Below the pieces are notes generated by a model, which did no database searches, was not told the DNA's origin, and was given only the letters and a program-made list of their open reading frames with translations. Source: Gammaproteobacteria bacterium (GTDB taxonomy: Bacteria > Pseudomonadota > Gammaproteobacteria > UBA1113). From it: a stretch of 64,000 bases of DNA. The position numbers were made by a program, and so were the translations under genes. Below are positions 35,789-45,382 of this stretch, piece by piece (positions within the stretch are counted from its first letter, which is position 1; each line of letters opens with the position of its first letter). The stretch spans positions 1,120 to 65,119 of the forward strand of contig JAJFKH010000073.1 in NCBI GenBank assembly GCA_021773305.1, in the 5' to 3' direction.

Positions 35789-37438
35789 GTGTTCAAAAAT
35801 CAACAACATTCCGGAGAATTTGTTTCCAGAAGGGATGAATTAAGCCACAGTCAATGGATGACCTTATTGGTCTTTAGCCTATATCGCCTCTGTATTGCTG
35901 TTATTCTTTTGACTCTTTATGTGTTTGATTTTGGTTTTTTTAATCTTGGGCAACATTCGTCCATTTTGTATAATGTTGCCATTGGATTTTATCTTGTTTT
36001 TAGCATCTTGCTTTTGTTTTCTGTACATCATCAGTACCCAGGATTTAATTTTCAAGCCAATCTGCAAGTTATTTTCGACATTGTCATTTTAACGCTGTTG
36101 CTTTATGCCAGTCAGTCGGTATATTCCTCGAATAGTATACTTTTTGGTTTCGGTATTTTACTCAATGCTGTTATTGCTGGGGGAGGACTGCTCACTGCTG
36201 GAAGGATTTCTTTATTCTTTGCAGCCATTGCTAGTATAGCTGTGCTCGTGCAACATTTTTTTTCCGATCAAGCTTTTACTTTAGACAAATATCAAGAAAT
36301 TGGTATTTTAGGTGCAACATTTTTTGCAACTGCGACGCTCGGGTTTGGGCTATCCCACCGAATTAAAAAATCAGAAGCATTGGCTAGTCAACGAGGATTA
36401 GATTTAGCTAAGTTAGAAATGCTCAACGAAAAAATTGTGAGTAATATGCATTCAGGGATCATTGTTGTTGATGAAAACGATAGAGTGCGATTGGTGAATA
36501 GAGCCGCTTGGTATTTGCTCGGGATCCCCGAGCGACCGGGGCCTCAGTTACTCAGTGAGTTATCTCTTGTGTTAGCAAATTTTGTGACAAAATGGCGTCA
36601 AAGAAAAGGTGACAAGTCTATGCCAGGACAAGTAATGTTAGAAAATCAAGGTGTGTTATCGCAAATTTCTGCTATTACTGATCAGTTAGATGATCCACAA
36701 GTATGTTTAATCCTTTTAGAAGATGCTGCCAGATTAACCCAGCAAGCACAGCAGATGAAACTCGCTTCTTTAGGCCGTTTAACAGCAAGTATTGCCCATG
36801 AAATTCGCAACCCTCTGGGTGCTATAAGTCACGCGGAGCAATTGTTAGAAGAGTCTCCAAGGCTTAACAAGGAAGATTTGCGTTTGACTGAAATCATACG
36901 TGAGCATTCAGAACGAATGAATCATGTCATCGAAAATGTATTACAACTCTCAAGGCGCAAGGAAGCTGTGCCTAAAGTTTTGAATATTAAAAGTTGGTTG
37001 GAAGACTTCATTTCAACTTTCAAACTCCATGATTTGCCGCATAGCGAAATTACCTTGCATGTGGAACCAGAAAATTTAGAGATATTTATTGATCCGAGCC
37101 AACTTTATCAAATACTGTCTAATTTATGTGAAAATGGTTTGCATTATAGCTTCGAAAAAGTGGGTAAGCCTATGTTAATTTTAAAAGCTGGGATCACAGT
37201 AGATGGTGGAGAAACCATGCTAGAAATTATTGATTTTGGTCAAGGAATCGATCCTAGTACAACGGAAGTTATCTTTGAGCCTTTTTTTACCACAAAAACT
37301 GGTGGAACCGGTCTAGGCTTATATATAGCAAAGGAGCTTTGTGAGGCGAATAGTGCTAGCTTACAGTATTTTCCTAGAGAGCGAGGGGGAAGCTGTTTTC
37401 GGATAACCTTTCATCAATTAGATAATATAGGTGATTGA
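35789..37438 (+). CDS. pilS: sensor histidine kinase PilS (type IV pilus two-component system)
   Basis: Six N-terminal TM helices; H-box SIAHEIRNPLGAISHAEQLLEES nearly identical to P. aeruginosa PilS; HATPase_c G-boxes; GTG 35789 with AGG RBS chosen as start (listed ORF begins 35729). Confidence 0.85.
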   Translation: MFKNQQHSGEFVSRRDELSHSQWMTLLVFSLYRLCIAVILLTLYVFDFGFFNLGQHSSILYNVAIGFYLVFSILLLFSVHHQYPGFNFQANLQVIFDIVILTLLLYASQSVYSSNSILFGFGILLNAVIAGGGLLTAGRISLFFAAIASIAVLVQHFFSDQAFTLDKYQEIGILGATFFATATLGFGLSHRIKKSEALASQRGLDLAKLEMLNEKIVSNMHSGIIVVDENDRVRLVNRAAWYLLGIPERPGPQLLSELSLVLANFVTKWRQRKGDKSMPGQVMLENQGVLSQISAITDQLDDPQVCLILLEDAARLTQQAQQMKLASLGRLTASIAHEIRNPLGAISHAEQLLEESPRLNKEDLRLTEIIREHSERMNHVIENVLQLSRRKEAVPKVLNIKSWLEDFISTFKLHDLPHSEITLHVEPENLEIFIDPSQLYQILSNLCENGLHYSFEKVGKPMLILKAGITVDGGETMLEIIDFGQGIDPSTTEVIFEPFFTTKTGGTGLGLYIAKELCEANSASLQYFPRERGGSCFRITFHQLDNIGD

Positions 37439-37439
37439 A

Positions 37440-38774
37440 ATGTCACAACATTTAAAAGCATTGGTTGTGGATGACGAACCGGACATTAGAGAGTTGATTA
37501 CCATTACGTTATCAAGAATGGGGGTAGATTGTTCGGAAGCCGAAAATGTGTCTCAAGCGAAAGCCTGTTTAAAAAAAATGGATTTTGCTCTTTGTCTAAC
37601 CGATATGCGTTTGCCGGATGGTGATGGTATTGAGCTTGTGGGATATATGCAAAAATATTTTCCAAAAACCCCTGTGGCCGTTATTACAGCATTTGGCAAT
37701 ATGGAGCTGGCGATTACAGCGTTGAAGGCAGGAGCATTTGATTTTGTTTCGAAACCGGTGGATTTACAAGTGTTGCGAGATTTGGTTGAAACGGCATTAA
37801 AGTTGTCCAAACCTTGTGATATCAAAGATGATGCTCAGTTGCCTCAATTACTTGGTGAATCTGTTGCGAGTCATGATCTTAGGAAAATGATTGAAAAATT
37901 AGCCAGAAGTCAGGCCCCTGTTTTAATTACGGGAGACTCGGGTACTGGAAAAGAATTAGCAGCAAGACTTATCCATCAAAAAAGTCCTCGTGGATATAAA
38001 GCTTTTATTCCTGTTAATTGTGGTGCTATTCCTGCAGAATTGATGGAGAGTGAGTTTTTTGGCTATAAAAAAGGAAGTTTTACCGGGGCTTCTCAGAGCC
38101 AGCAAGGATTATTTCGTGCAGCCCATCATGGGACAATATTTTTGGATGAAATCGCCGATTTGCCTTTGCATATGCAAGTCAAATTACTCCGAGTGATCCA
38201 GGAAAAAGCAGTGCGTTCTATTGGGGAAGAAAAGGAAAAACCTCTTGATGTTAGGGTATTAAGTGCGACTCATCGAAATTTACAAGAATTAGTTGCCGGT
38301 GGAGATTTTCGACAGGATTTATTTTACCGTATCAATGTTATTGAATTACATATCCCGAAACTCTCTGAACGAAAAGAAGACGTTCGTATTTTTGTAAATT
38401 ATTTTCTAAAAAACCTTGCAGGGGAACTTCAGATAGAACCACCAAAACTGACGCCAGATGCTTTGCAAGCGTTAGAAAATTATGCATTCCCAGGCAATAT
38501 CCGAGAACTTGAGAATATTTTAGAAAGAGCAGTAACACTCTGTGAACATCATAAGATTACTCAACAAGACTTGCAGATACATCAAAACATGGAGGCGAAC
38601 GAACAGGTTCGTATGGCACAAATGCCGTTGGAACCTTATCTTGATAGCGTTGAGAAAAGAACCATTCAAGATGCACTAGAAAAATATAACGGAAATAAAA
38701 CTGAGACGGCAAAACAGCTAGGGATCACCCTTCGTGCATTGCGCTATCGCTTAAAAAAATTAGGATTAGAATGA
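37440..38774 (+). CDS. pilR: sigma-54-dependent response regulator PilR
   Basis: Receiver domain (VVDDEPDIREL...D57-like LTDMRLPDGDG), sigma-54 AAA+ domain (ITGDSGTGKELAA, GAFTGA-like FTGA, ESEFFGY), C-terminal HTH; ATG immediately after pilS stop. Confidence 0.9.
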   Translation: MSQHLKALVVDDEPDIRELITITLSRMGVDCSEAENVSQAKACLKKMDFALCLTDMRLPDGDGIELVGYMQKYFPKTPVAVITAFGNMELAITALKAGAFDFVSKPVDLQVLRDLVETALKLSKPCDIKDDAQLPQLLGESVASHDLRKMIEKLARSQAPVLITGDSGTGKELAARLIHQKSPRGYKAFIPVNCGAIPAELMESEFFGYKKGSFTGASQSQQGLFRAAHHGTIFLDEIADLPLHMQVKLLRVIQEKAVRSIGEEKEKPLDVRVLSATHRNLQELVAGGDFRQDLFYRINVIELHIPKLSERKEDVRIFVNYFLKNLAGELQIEPPKLTPDALQALENYAFPGNIRELENILERAVTLCEHHKITQQDLQIHQNMEANEQVRMAQMPLEPYLDSVEKRTIQDALEKYNGNKTETAKQLGITLRALRYRLKKLGLE

Positions 38775-39319
38775 AGGGATTTACATTCATTGAATTATTG
38801 GTAACGTTAGCCATTATGGGTATTGTTTCGCTGTTATCATTGCCCCTTGCTCATGAATGGTCTATGAAACATCGCATTGATAGAACTACCGAAAGATTAG
38901 TTCATTTGGTTCGTACTGCTCGCAGTGAAGCGATTCTACAAGGTGCTCCAGTCATGCTTTGTCCTAGTCGCGATCAGAAGCAGTGTGGGGGCCATTGGAG
39001 CGACGGCCAATTGCTTTTGCTGGATCCTTTTGGCAGTGATACTGTCACAGCTAACCAGCTATTGCGCGTCGGATCGAAAATAAAAAAGCCGATATCCATT
39101 TCATTACAAGCTTTTTCAAAGGGTGATTTTCTCTTATTTCAGCCTCAAGGGTATGAGCAGCAGAGTAATGGCACTTTTGTTATTCGGTCAAAAAGTGTTA
39201 ATACTCCCTATGAAAGGAACATTATTATCAGCGGGACAGGACGGGTAAGGACGATGAAAAGCGAAGGAATTTGCTATAATTCTAGAAACGCTGATAAAAA
39301 CGCTAGGGTGAGTGGATGA
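38771..39319 (+). CDS. fimT: type IV pilus minor pilin/pseudopilin, FimT/GspH family
   Basis: N-terminal prepilin methylation motif MKGFTFIELLVTLAIMGI; GspH-like length (182 aa); translationally coupled to pilR (ATGA). Confidence 0.7.
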   Translation: MKGFTFIELLVTLAIMGIVSLLSLPLAHEWSMKHRIDRTTERLVHLVRTARSEAILQGAPVMLCPSRDQKQCGGHWSDGQLLLLDPFGSDTVTANQLLRVGSKIKKPISISLQAFSKGDFLLFQPQGYEQQSNGTFVIRSKSVNTPYERNIIISGTGRVRTMKSEGICYNSRNADKNARVSG

Positions 39320-39855
39320 GCATGGCATTAAGACAGTTTTCAGTTAAAAAGACCTCAGGAGTGACTTTACTTGAGATGATGATTGTGGTGGTTATTATGG
39401 GCTTGCTCGCGTCGCTGGCAGTACCTGCTTACCGCTTTATGATTCAAAATCATCGAGCAACGGTGATGACCGAGGAGTTTGCTAATGCCATTGCGCTGAC
39501 GCGAAATATCGCGTTAACTTCATCGGCTTCTGTGAGTATTTGTGCTGCGGCAGACGCATCACTGACTGCTTGTGGTACGAGTGCCAACTGGAATAATGGT
39601 TGGATTATCTTTGCCGATCCCAATGCTGATGGCGTGATTGCTAACCAGGGGGATATCGAGCGTGTCCATGAGGGATTTCCTGCCGGCTCTACCGTAACCA
39701 CAACATTGGCGCGCATTACCTATGCTGGAAGCGGTTTTCTCAATTCTTTATCCGGAACCTTTGCTTTGACATCAGCAGGTTGTTCGGGTAACCATGGTCG
39801 TTTAATCACCCTGTCAACCACAGGCCGACCTGCTATCACCAGTGTGAGCTGCTAA
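39316..39855 (+). CDS. type IV pilus minor pilin, FimU/GspH-like
   Basis: Prepilin-type N-terminus ...SGVTLLEMMIVVVIMGLLASLAVP; 179 aa; coupled to fimT (ATGA overlap). Confidence 0.65.
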   Translation: MSMALRQFSVKKTSGVTLLEMMIVVVIMGLLASLAVPAYRFMIQNHRATVMTEEFANAIALTRNIALTSSASVSICAAADASLTACGTSANWNNGWIIFADPNADGVIANQGDIERVHEGFPAGSTVTTTLARITYAGSGFLNSLSGTFALTSAGCSGNHGRLITLSTTGRPAITSVSC

Positions 39856-40982
39856 GCATCAATAAAATCATCAATAGCTTTTAGCAAAAATGAAAAGTCT
39901 GGATTATAGGTGAGTCGTCGTAGGTAATAATGGGGGAAATCATCTTTATTAATATCCTCCTGATGGTGAGCTTTAGCTCCGTATTTCAGAGTATGCCCCT
40001 CTAATGTTGGATGGTAGTCACCGTTTTTTCCATAATGCTCATTGTCAGGTGATACGTGAAGGCTGACATGGGAAAAATGTAAAATATTTTCATCTGGATA
40101 ATGGCTCGTTCGATAAATAATGCGTTGATCAAAGCTAGGTTCTATATCATTTGTATAAATGAGTAATCGATTTTTCGAGCAAGATTGCTGTAAAAAAAAT
40201 TGTTCTGCTGTAAAAGGATCGATGGTTTCATCATCTCGGCTAAATGCCATGAAAACAGGTAAATCTAGCGTCTGTTGTTTGATCATTTTTTTTATTTCTT
40301 GAGTTAAACGATAAGCTTGGTAGATGGTTTGGTAAGGGAATGATTCATATTTTGCATAATCTAAATCATCCGCAAGGCGATACCACTGAGCAGGCTTGTA
40401 GACGGTACCCAGACGATGAAACACACTCGCAAAAAGTGCTAAATTTGTTTTGAGATGGATCATGGGGGAAAATAAAAACAGACCTGCAAAACGATGGGGG
40501 TTCGCAAAAGCTGACAGTAATGAGAGGCAAGCCCCGGCTGAAAAACCTAAGAGATAGATTTCGTCAGCTTCTTTTTCACAACATGAAATCCCATATTCAA
40601 CAGCTTTTTTCCAATGATTGCGTTTCATTGTTAGCAGATCTCCAGGAACAGTACCATGCCCAGGCAATAGAATTGATTTTACAAAAAAACCTCGGCGCAA
40701 AAAATGTTTACCTAAATCCCACAGAGAAAAGGGAGATTCTAACATTCCATGGACTAACAATATTGCTTTTTTTGGGTATTGAGTCAGTGTTTCTGGATAC
40801 CATTGAAAAGGCGAGTTTGCTGCAATAATTTTTGCTCGATTCGTCGTATCCAAATCGGGCCGAGCTTTCTCAATATGCTTTTGAGAGTGTTCAATGTAGC
40901 GATCGAAGGACAGAGATGACAAAAATTTAATCGGTACAAGTCCGCTGGATTGGTGTTTGTCCGTGAGTGATTGATTAGCCAT
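39852..40982 (-). CDS. alpha/beta-hydrolase fold protein
   Basis: ILLVHGMLESPFSLWDLG...PGHG and nucleophile-elbow GFSAG (GxSxG); 376 aa; convergent 4-nt overlap with the pilin gene stop. Confidence 0.6.
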   Translation of the reverse strand: MANQSLTDKHQSSGLVPIKFLSSLSFDRYIEHSQKHIEKARPDLDTTNRAKIIAANSPFQWYPETLTQYPKKAILLVHGMLESPFSLWDLGKHFLRRGFFVKSILLPGHGTVPGDLLTMKRNHWKKAVEYGISCCEKEADEIYLLGFSAGACLSLLSAFANPHRFAGLFLFSPMIHLKTNLALFASVFHRLGTVYKPAQWYRLADDLDYAKYESFPYQTIYQAYRLTQEIKKMIKQQTLDLPVFMAFSRDDETIDPFTAEQFFLQQSCSKNRLLIYTNDIEPSFDQRIIYRTSHYPDENILHFSHVSLHVSPDNEHYGKNGDYHPTLEGHTLKYGAKAHHQEDINKDDFPHYYLRRLTYNPDFSFLLKAIDDFIDA

Positions 40983-41089
40983 ATGCGCTCATTGCGGCCA
41001 GAATTGCAGTTTTTAGCATCCCATTAAGTATAGATCTACAGGGTACTTTTAGTGTACGATGGTAAATCCTGTCAAAAAGGGAGATATGT

Positions 41090-41404
41090 GTGGTTAAGTC
41101 TAGCAGATATTTGCTGGCCATAGTGTTTATTATACTACCAATGGTCGGTTTTGCTGATACATTAGGTGAAATTTCAATCTCTGCCCTCGCGTCTGTTCGA
41201 GGACTCAGCAGCGTCATGTCTGCGATTTGCTATGTTGCAGGGGTTGGTTTTTTAATTGGTGGGTTATTGCAGTACAAATATCATAGAGAAAATCCTCAAC
41301 AGGTGCGAATTAGTGCACCTATTGTATTAGTGCTCCTAGGGATTTGCTTTATTGCGATACCTTTTTTAAGCACTTATTCTGATGCAAGTAAGTTCGTACG
41401 TTGA
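41090..41404 (+). CDS. small inner-membrane protein (signal/TM plus 2 TM), unknown function
   Basis: 104 aa, three hydrophobic segments; no motif recognised; stop overlaps the phosphodiesterase start (ATGA). Confidence 0.4.
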   Translation: MVKSSRYLLAIVFIILPMVGFADTLGEISISALASVRGLSSVMSAICYVAGVGFLIGGLLQYKYHRENPQQVRISAPIVLVLLGICFIAIPFLSTYSDASKFVR

Positions 41405-42132
41405 TGCCAACGTCTATTGATGTGCCATTCCTTATCACTCACCGCGGTGGTGCAGGTCATGGCCCAGAAAATACCTTGGCTGCGATCCGTATTGCCAAAG
41501 AAAAATCAGCCCAGTGGATAGAGTTTGATGTGCAGCTGACCCAAGATGGTTACCCGGTTTTATTTCACGATGCAATGTTAGATCGCACGACCACAGGTAG
41601 TGGGCGATTATCTGATCATACTTTAGCCGAGCTTAAAGAGCTGGATGCGGGGAAATATTTCTCTGAAGCATTTGCCGGGGAGCAAATCCCAACCTTAGAG
41701 GAAGCCATTAAGCTGTGTGCCGAATTAGAACTTGGAATGAATATTGAGTTTAAACACTCAGAAGAAAGGGGCCAGGCGTTAGTAGCGGAGACCTTAAAGT
41801 TAGTTGCTAAAAATTGGCCAGATCATTTAACACCTCCTCTTTATTCTAGTTATGAATTTTCTACGTTAGCGCATCTTCGCAAAATGGATGATCATGTTTT
41901 CATCGGATTCTTAGTGGCTGATTGGGAAGCACAATATTTAGCCATGGCTAAGGCTCTTAATTGCTATTCTGTACATTTACCTATTTCTCAAATTACAGAC
42001 CATGGGGTTAAGTTTATTCAATCTGCGGGCTACAAAGTATTAACATTTACTATTAATGACGTGGATTTAGCAGATAAGTTATTGAAATTAGGGGTTGATT
42101 CTATTTTTAGTGATATCTCGGATTTGCTTTGA
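41401..42132 (+). CDS. ugpQ: glycerophosphodiester phosphodiesterase (GDPD family)
   Basis: HRGGAGHGPENTLAAIRIA...EFDVQLTQDGYPVLFHD catalytic His/Glu/Asp motifs of GDPD; 243 aa. Confidence 0.85.
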   Translation: MMPTSIDVPFLITHRGGAGHGPENTLAAIRIAKEKSAQWIEFDVQLTQDGYPVLFHDAMLDRTTTGSGRLSDHTLAELKELDAGKYFSEAFAGEQIPTLEEAIKLCAELELGMNIEFKHSEERGQALVAETLKLVAKNWPDHLTPPLYSSYEFSTLAHLRKMDDHVFIGFLVADWEAQYLAMAKALNCYSVHLPISQITDHGVKFIQSAGYKVLTFTINDVDLADKLLKLGVDSIFSDISDLL

Positions 42133-42254
42133 AGGCAAATTCAGCGGCAACCTACGGTAATTACCTATTGAAAATTTCTTTTGCTCCCCCTATAGTTAAA
42201 TTTTACTGATACATGAGAACAAAATGAGACCGGTTGGTTTTATAGGGGAATGCA

Positions 42255-42578
42255 ATGGATAAAAATGCAAGACATCTGGATCTTCGGGATTACGCCGAGC
42301 GCCTATTGGAACAAAAATCTTTCTATAGTCACCAAGAACGCGGCTCATTGATATCAAAATTACGGGTGATCAACAGGCGCTTGAAGAAGATAGAAAGCTC
42401 TCTAGCCCCATTACTTGCGCGTCAGGGAGGGTTTTGCCAGGAAGATACAGAAATTGCTCGCTTACGTCGTCGGATCCGTAATCGCTTGAAAGTCTTGCCT
42501 ATGGAGCCGATTTTATCTGATGTGACGTCTGTTGCGGTAAAATGTGCTAAGCTACGTCTCCCATTAATTGAGTTTTAA
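42255..42578 (+). CDS. hypothetical protein
   Basis: 107-aa ORF, Arg-rich, no motif; overlaps the gltX N-terminal extension, so coding status is uncertain. Confidence 0.3.
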   Translation: MDKNARHLDLRDYAERLLEQKSFYSHQERGSLISKLRVINRRLKKIESSLAPLLARQGGFCQEDTEIARLRRRIRNRLKVLPMEPILSDVTSVAVKCAKLRLPLIEF

Positions 42579-42624
42579 CGGAGGGGGAGGGTGTTGTTGC
42601 GTCCTTTCCCAAAAGGTAGCGGTA

Positions 42625-44016
42625 ATGATAGTGACACGATTTCCTCCAAGTCCCACAGGATATCTACACATTGGGAGTGTTCGCACAGCTTTATATAGCT
42701 GGCTCTATGCTAAAAAGCATCATGGAAAGTTTATCTTACGCATTGAAGATACGGATCGCCAGCGATCTACAGACGAGGCCACTCAAGTCATTTTGGATGG
42801 TATGAAATGGTTGAGTTTAGATGCGGATGAAGGCCCTTATTTTCAAACTCAACGTTTTCCCCGTTATAAAGAAGTCATCCAACAGTTATTACAACAAGGT
42901 AAAGCATACCGCTGTTGCTGTAGCAAGGAACGATTGGATACATTACGAGCAACCCAACAACAAAAAAAAATAAAGCCTCGTTATGATGGTCATTGCCGAG
43001 ATCGACAAGATGTGGATCCTAAAGCGGCCCATGTGATTCGTTTTAAAAATCCTTTGGATGGTCAGGTTACTATCCACGATCAAGTTTTAGGAAAGGTTGT
43101 GATCCAAAATCAAGAGTTGGATGATTTAATCCTTGCTCGGACGGACGGTACACCGACCTATAATTTGACTGTGGTTGTGGATGATTGGGATATGGGTATT
43201 ACTCATGTCATTCGAGGAAATGATCATCTTAACAATACACCAAGGCAAATCAATTTATTAGAGGCGTTGGGAGCAGAAATCCCTGTGTATGCTCATATTC
43301 CTATGATTTTGGGAGAGGATGGTAAACGCTTATCCAAGCGCCATGGCGCAGTGAGTGTGTTGCAATTTCGTGAAGAGGGTATTTTGCCGGAGGCATTATT
43401 AAACTATTTGGTGCGATTAGGCTGGTCTTCTGGAGATCAGGAAATTTTTTCTTCTGCGCAAATGGTGACATTATTTGATATTTCAGGGATCAACAAATCG
43501 CCTTCAGCCTTTGATCCGAACAAATTGATGTGGTTTAACCAACAATATTTAAAAACTTCCCCTTCAGAGCATATCACCGAAGAGTTGCAATGGCACTACC
43601 AGCAGCTTGGCGTGGCGTTAGAAGCGGGGCCTGATATGACGGATGTTGTGCAGGCATTAAGAGAGCGAGTCAAAACGGTTCGAGAGATGGCTGAGAAAAG
43701 TCGTTGCTTTTTTAGTGATACGTTTGACTATGATGAAAATGCAGTGAAAAAACACTTAAAACCTGAAACCTTAGAGCGACTCATTTGGATCCGAAAAGAG
43801 CTGGCTGAGTTGACTGATTGGAATGAAGAAACGATCCATGATGTCGTCACAAATTGCCTAGAAAAATTTGAAATTAAATTACCTAAACTTGCTCAACCGT
43901 TGCGAATTGCTATGACGGGTAATACGATTTCTCCCTCAATTGATGTGACATTATCTTTGATGGGGCAGGAAAATACATTAATACGTTTGGATAGAATGAT
44001 AGCGTACTTGCATTAA
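42625..44016 (+). CDS. gltX: glutamyl-tRNA synthetase
   Basis: MIVTRFPPSPTGYLHIGSVRTALYSW (HIGH), LSKRHGA (KMSKS-type) and Zn-binding CCCS/C region typical of GltX; start at ATG 42625 (AAAAGG RBS) rather than the upstream listed start. Confidence 0.9.
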   Translation: MIVTRFPPSPTGYLHIGSVRTALYSWLYAKKHHGKFILRIEDTDRQRSTDEATQVILDGMKWLSLDADEGPYFQTQRFPRYKEVIQQLLQQGKAYRCCCSKERLDTLRATQQQKKIKPRYDGHCRDRQDVDPKAAHVIRFKNPLDGQVTIHDQVLGKVVIQNQELDDLILARTDGTPTYNLTVVVDDWDMGITHVIRGNDHLNNTPRQINLLEALGAEIPVYAHIPMILGEDGKRLSKRHGAVSVLQFREEGILPEALLNYLVRLGWSSGDQEIFSSAQMVTLFDISGINKSPSAFDPNKLMWFNQQYLKTSPSEHITEELQWHYQQLGVALEAGPDMTDVVQALRERVKTVREMAEKSRCFFSDTFDYDENAVKKHLKPETLERLIWIRKELAELTDWNEETIHDVVTNCLEKFEIKLPKLAQPLRIAMTGNTISPSIDVTLSLMGQENTLIRLDRMIAYLH

Positions 44017-44200
44017 TAAAACCTTAAGCCTCTTTTGCAAAAGAGGCAGCTGGAAACTACACTATTACAGGTATGGTTGTACGTGCTGGGTATTTGTGCT
44101 TATTTAATATGTTGATTTAAAATGATTTTTAGAGAGCACAAAAAGCACGAGCTACAATGTCATGAGTCGATATACTACATTATTTTTATAGGAACATCCC

Positions 44201-45382
44201 ATGGGGAAGGAAGAAAAAAATAAATCAAATGACGACAATCTCTTTAGAAAAAAGGCTCTAAATGAGATTGCTTCACCTGAAAAATTAGATAATTTGATTA
44301 ATATTATTACCCCTAAATATTGGATCACGTTAATTGCATTTTTCATATTAACAACGTTTTTTATCTTATGGAGTTTTTTTGGGAATATTCCTCAGCGTGT
44401 TCATGGTTCCTCTCTTTTAATTAAACCGGGTGGTTTGGTTAATGTGACCGCCAGTGAGGATGGTCGGTTGCTAGAGTTATATGTTCGCGAAGGTGACTCT
44501 GTTAAAAAAGGTGACGTTATTGCTAAGGTTGAGCAACAGGAAATTTTCAATGAAATTGAACTATTAAAGTCATTAAAAGAAGATTTAAAAGTAAAAAACA
44601 CAAGAATACAGGCTGTTCAAGATGAAATAAGAAAAGGTTTGCAGATGATTGCAAAAGAATTAGATGTTGTACTAAAAGCTGAAAAAAATCTATTGAAATC
44701 CGGGATTATTTCTTTACCCAAAGCAATTGCAACTGAACAAAAGCTAAAAGACACACTCAATAGTATTCGGATGTTAGAGTTAGCAAATTTAGAAGCTCAA
44801 GAACAGTTGAGCAAAACAGAACGTAAGTTGAGCATCCTGCTTGGAAGGTATGAATATGCAACAAAAGTGGTAAGTTTACATAATGGTATAGTGACTGAAG
44901 TAAAAGCAGGGCCTGGAGATAATATCACTGAAATTATGCCCATTGTTAGCATTGAACCTGTCATGGATAAGGATGAAAAAATTAGGGTTATCGTATTTGT
45001 CCCTGGTGTATTTGGTAAAAAAATAAAACCTGATATGCGTGCTTTGATTATGCCTGGAACTGTAAGCAAAGAAGAATATGGTGCATTGGAAGGAAAGGTG
45101 ACAAATGTTTCTATTTATCCAGCCAGCGTGCCCGCCATGATGAAAATATTACGTAATAAAACATTGGTTGATGAGCTTTTGCATAAAGGAGTTGCCTATG
45201 AGGTTGAAGTGAGTCTTCTTGAGGATCCAAATACAGTGAGTGGGTATAAATGGACATCTGTTGACGGGCCACCACTAAAACTACAAAGTGGTACTCTTGG
45301 CGAAGCTGAAATTACACTCAAGCGGCGTAAGCCCATAACGTTATTATTGCCTTATATTAAAAAGGTGACGGGTTTTGACTAA
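44201..45382 (+). CDS. HlyD-family membrane fusion protein of an NHLP/Nif11-type bacteriocin export system (TIGR03794-like)
   Basis: LFRKKALNEIASPEKLDNLINIITPKYWITLIAFFIL signature N-terminus of the NHLM bacteriocin-system secretion protein; single TM, coiled-coil, C-terminal beta domain; AGGAAC RBS. Confidence 0.8.
   Translation: MGKEEKNKSNDDNLFRKKALNEIASPEKLDNLINIITPKYWITLIAFFILTTFFILWSFFGNIPQRVHGSSLLIKPGGLVNVTASEDGRLLELYVREGDSVKKGDVIAKVEQQEIFNEIELLKSLKEDLKVKNTRIQAVQDEIRKGLQMIAKELDVVLKAEKNLLKSGIISLPKAIATEQKLKDTLNSIRMLELANLEAQEQLSKTERKLSILLGRYEYATKVVSLHNGIVTEVKAGPGDNITEIMPIVSIEPVMDKDEKIRVIVFVPGVFGKKIKPDMRALIMPGTVSKEEYGALEGKVTNVSIYPASVPAMMKILRNKTLVDELLHKGVAYEVEVSLLEDPNTVSGYKWTSVDGPPLKLQSGTLGEAEITLKRRKPITLLLPYIKKVTGFD

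Noticed and set aside
44017-44060. Palindrome gcctcttttgc/aaaagaggc after gltX as an intrinsic terminator
   Set aside because: It is a perfect 9-bp inverted repeat, but it is not followed by a U-run on the gltX strand. It may be a protein-binding site or a weak terminator, so it is not listed as a feature.
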